Origin: an uncultured Pelagibacteraceae bacterium
Lineage (GTDB): Bacteria; Pseudomonadota; Alphaproteobacteria; Pelagibacterales; Pelagibacteraceae
Length of the DNA stretch: 64,000 nucleotides
Reading direction: 5' to 3'
Assembly (NCBI GenBank): GCA_902615975.1
Contig: CACMRC010000003.1
Span: 57,833 to 121,832, forward strand
The notes below the pieces were generated by a model, which worked only from the letters and a program-made list of their open reading frames with translations, made no database searches and was not told where the DNA came from. Of this stretch, positions 32,402 to 38,402 are shown piece by piece (the first letter of the stretch is position 1; every line of letters begins with the position of its first letter). Position numbers and translations under genes: made by a program.

Positions 32402-32530
32402 TTTGGGGAAGTGTCCCCTTGTTCAATAAAGCTTCAAATAACAAGCGTTTTATATATTTTATTTATGCAAATGCAACACGTGATTTAATAAGTAAATATT
32501 AAAAAAAACGTGTAAAACACTTAATAATTT

Positions 32531-33274
32531 ATGAATAAATCATCTTTTTTCATTGTTGGCCAACATGCAGTAATTGAAGCTCTTAGAAACCCCAAAAGAA
32601 AGGTTTTAAGAGTATTTTTAACAGAGGAATCTAAAAAAAATATTCATAGAAAGAATCCAAATAAAAATATTTTGGAAGATGTAAGGGTTTACTTTAAATC
32701 TAAAAAAGAATTAGACAAATACACTTCAAAAGAACAATTAATGCATAATGGTTATGTTGCTGAAATTGAACATTTAGATCAACCAGAGATAAAACAATTT
32801 ATAAAAAATAAAAATAATTTAACATTTGTTTGTCTCGATGAAGTTACTGATCCAAGAAATATTGGTTCATTAATCAGAAGTGCCGCATCATTTGATATTG
32901 ATGGATTAATAATTAAGGAAAGACATTTTCCTCGTGATAGTAAATTGATGTATAAATCAGCTAGTGGATGTATGGAACATATAAATATATTTCAAGTCTC
33001 TAACATTAATTCTACACTTAAAAATTTAAGAGAAAAAAATTTCTGGGTTTACGGTTTTGATACCAAAGGTCAAAAAGATTTCACTGACATCAAATGGAAA
33101 GGAAATAATATTCTTCTATTTGGGTCAGAAGGGTTTGGTATGAGAAAACACACAGGTAAATATGCAGATTTTTTTGTTAAAATTAATATTAATGAAGACA
33201 TCGAAAGTTTAAATATCTCAAATAGTGCTGCTATTGTGTTTCATCACCTCAGTTATTTAAAAAAAAAGAGTTGA
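32531..33274 (+). CDS. rlmB: SpoU/TrmH-family 23S rRNA 2'-O-methyltransferase (RlmB-like)
   Basis: N-terminal 'IVGQHAVIEALRNPKRKV' substrate-binding domain, then SpoU motifs 'DEVTDPRNIGSLIRSA', 'LLFGSEGFGM' and 'SLNISNSAAIV'. Confidence 0.85.
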   Translation: MNKSSFFIVGQHAVIEALRNPKRKVLRVFLTEESKKNIHRKNPNKNILEDVRVYFKSKKELDKYTSKEQLMHNGYVAEIEHLDQPEIKQFIKNKNNLTFVCLDEVTDPRNIGSLIRSAASFDIDGLIIKERHFPRDSKLMYKSASGCMEHINIFQVSNINSTLKNLREKNFWVYGFDTKGQKDFTDIKWKGNNILLFGSEGFGMRKHTGKYADFFVKININEDIESLNISNSAAIVFHHLSYLKKKS

Positions 33275-33307
33275 TTATTTAAGAAATAGTTAATAATTAT
33301 TGCTCAT

Positions 33308-33383
33308 GCCCTTGTAGCTCAGCTGGTAGAGCAATTGATTTGTAATCAATAGGTCCGCGGTTCGAATCCGTGCGGGGGCACCA
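33308..33383 (+). tRNA. trnT: tRNA-Thr (anticodon UGU)
   Basis: GCCCTTGTAGCTCAGCTGGTAGAGCAATTGATTTGTAATCAATAGGTCCGCGGTTCGAATCCGTGCGGGGGCACCA. Anticodon stem ATTGA/TCAAT, loop TT-TGT-AA. The acceptor stem has two G-U pairs. CCA is encoded. Confidence 0.93.
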
Positions 33384-33424
33384 TAATTCACCAAAAAATT
33401 TTATTAAATTTTTAAAAATTAAAT

Positions 33425-35140
33425 TTATAATTTTTCAACCAAATAAGTTCCCATAACCAAATTATCTATATTATATTTTCGATAACATCTAATGGCATCC
33501 TCGGAATCATTTACTATAGGTTCACCTTTAACATTGAAAGAAGTATTCAAAATAACAGGAATGTTAGTTATTTTTTTAAATTCATTTAACAATTTCCAAA
33601 ATTTGTAATTTGTTTCTTTGGAAACACTTTGAACTCTGCAACTATTATCCACATGCACTACCGCTGGTATTAAACTTGATTTATTTTTTTTTACTTTACA
33701 AGCAATTAACATATGCGGACTTTTTTGATTTATTTCAAAAAACTCATATAAATTTTCTTCCATTACAGCAGGTGCAAATGGTCTGAAATATTCTCTAAAT
33801 TTAACATTTTTATTAATGTGATCTTTAATGCTTTCAGGAAAAGGTCTGGCTAATATACTTCTGTTACCTAAAGCCCTTGGGCCAAACTCGGCACCATCTT
33901 GATACCAAGCAACAATTTTACCTTTTTTTAATAGTTCAGCAGTTATTTTGAAAATTTCATCTTTATAATTTGTAAATTTCAAACCACTTTCATTAAGTTT
34001 TTGTTTTATTTTTTTTTCACTTTCCATGTATCCTTTATAAAAATCATTCGTGGGAATTTTCTTAAATTTTTTATTATTTTTCTGTTCGGCAAGCAAACAG
34101 GCCCCATAAGATACTCCGGCATCTCCACTTGCTGGTTGTATAAATATTTTTTTAAATAATTTAGATGATTGAATTTTACCGTTCAAAGAGCAGTTAAGAC
34201 CAACTCCACCACTAATACAAAGGTAATTTGTTTTAGTTATCTTTTTCATTATTTTTAATTGTGAAATTACAATTTCCTCAATTCTATCTTGTAATGCTGC
34301 GGCTATATTTTTATGATGACTTGTAATTTTATTTTCTGCTTTTCGAGGCTTGCCAAACGTTTTAAAAAACTTTTCACTAAACCAAGTATTTTTCTGATAA
34401 TGATAACTTATCCATTTTAAATTAATAAGATATTTTAATGGATCTTTTTTATCTAATTTAATGATATCTCTAAAATAATTTATATAACTTACATTTGAAC
34501 CTGGCACTTTTTTATTAGAATTTCCATAAGGTGCCAAACCCATTATTATACCTTCGTCACAAAAAATCCGCCAACCAAGGAAAAAAGTTATAGCTGAATA
34601 AATTAAGCCTAAAGAATTTGGATATTTATTTTTATCATGAAATATATTAATTTTTTTTCCATTACCTAAACCAAATAAAGCTGAATGAACTTCGCCCATT
34701 CCATCATATGAAACAATCAATGATTTTTTAAATCCACTTGGAAAAAAAGTACTTGCATGATGACATAAATGATGGTTTAGAAATTCAATTTTTTTTCTAA
34801 AACCCAACTTCTTTCTTAAAAAACTTTCTGTATAATAAAGTTTTTTAATTCTCTCAATGTCATCAAAAATATTTTTTATTCTATAATTATCTTTAAGGGC
34901 TAAAATTAAATACTTCTCTTTAATTTGTAGAAAAGGATCATTTCCAAAAGCTATAATATCCAAATCTTTTAACTTTAAATTACCTATTTTTAAGCAATCC
35001 TTAATTGCTAATTCTGGAAAAGCCCTGGTATGTTTTTCTTTATTATATCTTTCCTCCTCACAAGCTGCAATTAACTTACCATTTATTGTTAAGGAGGCTG
35101 AAGTGTCATGCCCCCCAAAATTAATACCTAAAATTTTCAT
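33425..35140 (-). CDS. NodU/CmcH-family carbamoyltransferase
   Basis: 571 aa. N-terminal 'MKILGINFGGHDTSASL..AACEEERYNKEKH' (ASKHA-like fold start of the family) and C-terminal 'NTSFNVKGEPIV'. Confidence 0.85.
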   Translation of the reverse strand: MKILGINFGGHDTSASLTINGKLIAACEEERYNKEKHTRAFPELAIKDCLKIGNLKLKDLDIIAFGNDPFLQIKEKYLILALKDNYRIKNIFDDIERIKKLYYTESFLRKKLGFRKKIEFLNHHLCHHASTFFPSGFKKSLIVSYDGMGEVHSALFGLGNGKKINIFHDKNKYPNSLGLIYSAITFFLGWRIFCDEGIIMGLAPYGNSNKKVPGSNVSYINYFRDIIKLDKKDPLKYLINLKWISYHYQKNTWFSEKFFKTFGKPRKAENKITSHHKNIAAALQDRIEEIVISQLKIMKKITKTNYLCISGGVGLNCSLNGKIQSSKLFKKIFIQPASGDAGVSYGACLLAEQKNNKKFKKIPTNDFYKGYMESEKKIKQKLNESGLKFTNYKDEIFKITAELLKKGKIVAWYQDGAEFGPRALGNRSILARPFPESIKDHINKNVKFREYFRPFAPAVMEENLYEFFEINQKSPHMLIACKVKKNKSSLIPAVVHVDNSCRVQSVSKETNYKFWKLLNEFKKITNIPVILNTSFNVKGEPIVNDSEDAIRCYRKYNIDNLVMGTYLVEKL

Positions 35141-35170
35141 GTCTATTTCACTTTTATTATATGAGTATAT

Positions 35171-35941
35171 TTAATTAATTTCTTTTCTTATTTGTTCAAT
35201 TTTAATTTTTTTTTGTAGACTTCTATTTTTGTCATAAAGAAGATTAAACTTTATTTTATTATTTATTTTTATAGTAATTGATTTAGCATTTCTTACTTCC
35301 AGATTATCTGCTACAGCACTTATTGGTCTTTTTGAAGGATTTAAGTTTTTTATAACAATTTTAGATTTATCATTAACAATTCTACCCTTCCATCTTCTTG
35401 GTCTAAAGGCACTTATTGGGGATATTGACAATTTTTTTGAATGAAGACTTAATATTGGTCCATGGACAGATAGATTGTAAGCTGTACTTCCAGCAGGCGT
35501 TGATACCAGCACACCATCTGAAACTAATTTTTTGATTATTTGTTTTGAGCCTTGCTTGATGGATAATGAAGCAGCTTGTCTACTTTGTCTAAGAACTGAT
35601 ACCTCATTAATTGCTATAGATTTCTTGGTTTGATTATTTTTATTTTTAACAATCATTTCTAATGGAGAAATTGAAACTAAATTTGCTTTTGACAAGTTTT
35701 TTAAAATATCTTTTGAGGAAAATTTATTCATAAGAAAACCATAATTTCCAGAATTAATCCCATAATAATGTTTGTTTGAATTTTTATTCTTTTTTAGTGT
35801 TTGAAGCATAAAACCATCTCCACCAATAACAATGATTAGATTATCTTGTTTTAAAGGCTTTGTTTTTATTTTTTTTAATAATAAATTTTTAATACTTAAA
35901 GATTTCTTGTTTTTATCTGAAATAATTTGAAGTTTATTCAT
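35171..35941 (-). CDS. nadK: NAD(+) kinase
   Basis: 'IVIGGDGFMLQT' (GGDG motif) and 'DGVLVSTPAGSTAYNLS'. 256 aa. Confidence 0.9.
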   Translation of the reverse strand: MNKLQIISDKNKKSLSIKNLLLKKIKTKPLKQDNLIIVIGGDGFMLQTLKKNKNSNKHYYGINSGNYGFLMNKFSSKDILKNLSKANLVSISPLEMIVKNKNNQTKKSIAINEVSVLRQSRQAASLSIKQGSKQIIKKLVSDGVLVSTPAGSTAYNLSVHGPILSLHSKKLSISPISAFRPRRWKGRIVNDKSKIVIKNLNPSKRPISAVADNLEVRNAKSITIKINNKIKFNLLYDKNRSLQKKIKIEQIRKEIN

Positions 35942-35945
35942 TTAG

Positions 35946-36031
35946 TGGTGCCCTCGGCCAGACTCGAACTGGCACTCCGCAAGCGGCAAGGATTTTAAGT
36001 CCTTTGTGTCTACCAATTTCACCACGAGGGC
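35946..36031 (-). tRNA. trnL: tRNA-Leu (anticodon UAA), intact
   Basis: The reverse complement is GCCCTCGTGGTGAAATTGGTAGACACAAAGGACTTAAAATCCTTGCCGCTTGCGGAGTGCCAGTTCGAGTCTGGCCGAGGGCACCA. Anticodon stem AAGGA/TCCTT, loop CT-TAA-AA, long variable arm. CCA is encoded. Confidence 0.95.
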
Positions 36032-36063
36032 ATTAATGAATTTCATGAGTGTTTATGCCAATA

Positions 36064-36092
36064 TTTATAATTGAACAAGAGAAATAAGTAAA
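36064..36092 (-). promoter_or_regulatory. candidate promoter of tRNA-Leu(UAA)
   Basis: The minus strand reads TTTACT (36092-36087), a 17-nt spacer, then TATAAA (36069-36064), about 33 nt upstream of the tRNA 5' end. The same arrangement is conserved in the duplicated flank at 38363-38391. Confidence 0.4.
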
Positions 36093-36103
36093 TTTTTTTT
36101 ATT

Positions 36104-36135
36104 TTATCTCCCTAGGTACTGGTCAGGTACTGGTT
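36104..36135. repeat. 32-bp direct repeat, copy 1 (contains tandem GGTACTGGT boxes 11 bp apart)
   Basis: 'ttatctccctaGGTACTGGTcaGGTACTGGTt' matches 38135-38166 at 28 of 32 positions. Lies between the tRNA-Leu flank and the stop of the last cassette ORF. Confidence 0.85.
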
Positions 36136-36155
36136 GTCCTATAAAGTCCTACAAA

Positions 36156-36485
36156 TTATATTACACTACAATTAAGGTAATAAGTACTTGTGGTAGTTTC
36201 ACTGGTCCAAATTTCAAAGCCCTTTCCATTCTTAAAATTAACCTTATGCCGTACATTAGACTTATTCCAATAATAATTGACCTCTGCACTTATATTATTT
36301 ATTTTTATTGAGGATGTTTTTAAAATATATCCGTCACTTAAAAATTGATCATTTTTAATCTCAAAAATTTCTTTAGATGTTTTGTTTTTAGAGTCGGTTA
36401 CTTCACAAATATATGTAATATTTTTTGCATATAGTACTGTTGACCAAAAAAAGAAAATAATAATAAAATTTAAAATTTTTTTCAC
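36156..36485 (-). CDS. exported hypothetical protein (109 aa, two Cys)
   Basis: Sec-type signal 'MKKILNFIIIFFFWSTVLYA|KN'. Cys27 ('TYICEV') and Cys106 ('LNCSVI', 3 residues from the end). ATGA overlap with the upstream ORF. No family recognised. Confidence 0.7.
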   Translation of the reverse strand: MKKILNFIIIFFFWSTVLYAKNITYICEVTDSKNKTSKEIFEIKNDQFLSDGYILKTSSIKINNISAEVNYYWNKSNVRHKVNFKNGKGFEIWTSETTTSTYYLNCSVI

Positions 36486-37186
36486 GAACAGCTATATTCT
36501 TGAAATGAAATTTTTTGAGTTTCAAAAGATGACATATACTTATCGATAATATTTCGTGCTTCAACTGATGTGTCTATAATTTTTTTCATATATCTATCAG
36601 ATTCTTCATAAAGATTTTTTCCTGGTTGCTGTTCTGTGAAATTTATTGAGTCTTTGTAAATTTTAGACAACTTATTAATAGATTTTTTTATATCCTTATG
36701 TTTATTTAAAAAAATATTATCAAATATGATAAATACTCTATCTAATTTTGTTCTGTTTTCGTCTATTTCATTAATTATATAATAGTATTTTTTTTTACTT
36801 GAAATGTGTCCTTCAATCCAAAACGAAACTTTTTTGGTTTCATCATAAAAAACAAAATAAATTGCTTTTGCAATCAAATCAGTACCATTTGAAGTAAGAC
36901 TTTCATTATATACATCAGCCCCATTTGGTAGTTTTTCACTACTTGGAAAAAAATCAGCAACTTCTTTAGCGTTAAAATGATTTATATAAAATTTTAAAGT
37001 TCGATCGTTTCTTGTGCATTTTATAACATTTTCTTTGCCTGCAAATAATTTCTCGTGTCCACCAAGAGTTATGGGTAGAATTTTACTCTTAAAAAACCAC
37101 TCTTTTGCTTTTGTAGCGTTTGTATCTGCATAAGACGAGGCGTACAAAAATAAAAAAACAAAAAAAGCTATAAAAAGTTTTTTCAT
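36482..37186 (-). CDS. exported hypothetical protein (234 aa, two Cys)
   Basis: Signal 'MKKLFIAFFVFLFLYASSYA|DT'. Cys57 and Cys233 ('EYSCS', penultimate residue). 'YYYIINEIDENRT' resembles 'FYVFEIDREQT' of the upstream ORF. 1-nt stop/start overlap with that ORF. Confidence 0.75.
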   Translation of the reverse strand: MKKLFIAFFVFLFLYASSYADTNATKAKEWFFKSKILPITLGGHEKLFAGKENVIKCTRNDRTLKFYINHFNAKEVADFFPSSEKLPNGADVYNESLTSNGTDLIAKAIYFVFYDETKKVSFWIEGHISSKKKYYYIINEIDENRTKLDRVFIIFDNIFLNKHKDIKKSINKLSKIYKDSINFTEQQPGKNLYEESDRYMKKIIDTSVEARNIIDKYMSSFETQKISFQEYSCS

Positions 37187-37755
37187 TATTTAATCTTACA
37201 TTTGTGTTCAAAATCGTCAATTAAAAGTGGTTTCTCATTTTTAATTATCACATCCAAATGAGATTTTATAAATTTCATTATTTTTTTTTCTTTATCTAAA
37301 GTTTCTTGGTCTAAATTACTTGAAAGACCTAATTTTTGAGTTGTTCCAGTTAGAGTGTATAAGTTTTCGGTAACAAAAATACTTTCTGCTAATGGGTAAG
37401 GAAAAGTCTGCTCTCTATCTATTTCAAACACATAGAATTTTAAAATATCTTCACCAGGAGTAAAAAACTCTGCTTGAATGTAATTTTCATCATATATGTA
37501 TCCTATTAAATTCTCTTGAATTTCTTGTCCAAAAACTAAGACCTCATTCCTTAAAATATTGCCATGAGAATATATCACGTAATCGTCATCAAAACTCTTT
37601 ATAATTTTTAAAGGAAACTTAATTGATGGATGATCTGTTCCAAAAACTGTTTGTAAAGTACAAGTGTATTCATTTTTAGAAATATCAGCGAATGATAAAT
37701 CAAAAAATAAAAAACTAAGAATAATGGCAATAATATTTTTTTTAAGTTTTATCAT
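37186..37755 (-). CDS. exported hypothetical protein (189 aa, two Cys)
   Basis: Signal 'MIKLKKNIIAIILSFLFFDLSFA|DI'. Cys32 ('EYTCTL') and Cys186 ('HKCKIK'). No family recognised. Confidence 0.75.
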   Translation of the reverse strand: MIKLKKNIIAIILSFLFFDLSFADISKNEYTCTLQTVFGTDHPSIKFPLKIIKSFDDDYVIYSHGNILRNEVLVFGQEIQENLIGYIYDENYIQAEFFTPGEDILKFYVFEIDREQTFPYPLAESIFVTENLYTLTGTTQKLGLSSNLDQETLDKEKKIMKFIKSHLDVIIKNEKPLLIDDFEHKCKIK

Positions 37756-37758
37756 ATT

Positions 37759-38118
37759 TTATTTACATGGAAAAACTCTGTACAAATAAGTTGATAGATA
37801 AAAAGCAACCTTATCATTATCTTTGTATTTTCCATTTTTTTTTGCATACATAATTTCAGAATCTATATAATTAATAAAATCATTGAGAGATGGCGACCAA
37901 TTTGAAGGCGGACAAAAAGTTTTTTGATTATATGCTAATGAAACTATTTTATTCCAAAAAATTGCTGAACCTGCAGCTAATACATAATTTTCTAAAACTG
38001 CTACGATTGGAGCATTTTTGCTATTCTTATCATTTAAATACTTGCCTACTGTCATTGTTGAATTAGCAGAATTTATATATACAAAATTTAAAATAATTAT
38101 TATTAAAATTTTTTTCAT
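37759..38118 (-). CDS. exported hypothetical protein (119 aa, two Cys); C-terminal half reminiscent of Rap1a/Tai4-type periplasmic immunity proteins
   Basis: Signal 'MKKILIIIILNFVYINSANS|T'. Cys69 ('TFCPPSNWSPSLNDFINYI') and Cys118 (terminal 'RVFPCK'). The resemblance is from my memory of the family pattern, with no search run. Confidence 0.7.
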   Translation of the reverse strand: MKKILIIIILNFVYINSANSTMTVGKYLNDKNSKNAPIVAVLENYVLAAGSAIFWNKIVSLAYNQKTFCPPSNWSPSLNDFINYIDSEIMYAKKNGKYKDNDKVAFYLSTYLYRVFPCK

Positions 38119-38134
38119 AATTTATCATATCATA

Positions 38135-38166
38135 TTATCTCTTTAGGTACTGGTTTGGTACTGGTT
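38135..38166. repeat. 32-bp direct repeat, copy 2 (tandem GGTACTGGT boxes)
   Basis: 'ttatctctttaGGTACTGGTttGGTACTGGTt' matches 36104-36135 at 28 of 32 positions. It starts 17 bp upstream (in the minus-strand sense) of the start codon of the first cassette ORF. Confidence 0.85.
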
Positions 38167-38242
38167 TTGAGATATTTAATAAGCTTAATTTCATTATATT
38201 TATTTAAATCTAAATTAAAGTTATGAGATTTTATAGGATGTT

Positions 38243-38272
38243 TAGACTACCTTGGACTACTATGGACTGACT
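38243..38272. repeat. three 10-bp-phased direct boxes TAGACTAC / TGGACTAC / TGGACTGA
   Basis: 'TAGACTACct TGGACTACta TGGACTGAct' read directly at 38243-38272, between repeat copy 2 and the decayed tRNA. Confidence 0.7.
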
Positions 38273-38283
38273 AAAAAGTGAAT

Positions 38284-38330
38284 CCCTCGGCTTTTAAGTC
38301 CTTTGTGTCTACCAATTTCACCACGAGGGC
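38284..38330 (-). pseudogene. decayed tRNA-Leu(UAA) copy with internal deletion of the 3' anticodon-stem strand, variable arm and T-arm
   Basis: 38292-38330 is identical to 35993-36031 (anticodon loop to the 5' end of the tRNA). 38284-38291 'ccctcggc' equals 35951-35958 (3' acceptor strand). The 34 nt between them in the intact gene (35959-35992) are missing and the CCA end is mutated. Confidence 0.8.
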
Positions 38331-38362
38331 ATTAATGAATTTCATGTGTGTTTACGCTAATA

Positions 38363-38391
38363 TTTATAATTGAACAAGTTTAATAAGTAAA
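38363..38391 (-). promoter_or_regulatory. duplicated copy of the tRNA-Leu promoter, now pointing into the four-ORF cassette
   Basis: The minus strand reads TTTACT (38391-38386), a 17-nt spacer, then TATAAA (38368-38363). Both hexamers and the spacing are identical to 36064-36092, although the flank has 6 substitutions elsewhere. Confidence 0.4.
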
Positions 38392-38402
38392 TTTTTTTAA
38401 TA

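Larger units (their letters stand above)
36032..38330 (-). mobile_element. tRNA-Leu-associated genomic islet (integrase-less; possibly a remnant of an integrative element or a recombination cassette)
   Basis: Bounded by the intact tRNA-Leu (5' end at 36031) and a decayed tRNA-Leu copy (5' end at 38330), exactly 2,299 bp apart. Contains four exported-protein ORFs and internal 32-bp direct repeats. No recombinase gene is present. Confidence 0.45.

Noticed and set aside
32402-32530. Possible ncRNA or riboswitch in the 129-bp tRNA-Tyr/rlmB divergent spacer (GGGGAagtgTCCCC hairpin at about 32405-32418; ACACGT...ACGTGT inverted repeat)
   Set aside because: The elements are short, and the region is needed for two divergent promoters. 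It resembles no riboswitch or small-RNA class I know. It is probably promoter/processing context for tRNA-Tyr.
36032-38330. Prophage or classical integrative element at tRNA-Leu
   Set aside because: It is only 2.3 kb and has no integrase, excisionase, replication or structural genes. The duplicated tRNA part is the 5' half, not the usual 3' half. It is kept only as an islet or remnant hypothesis.
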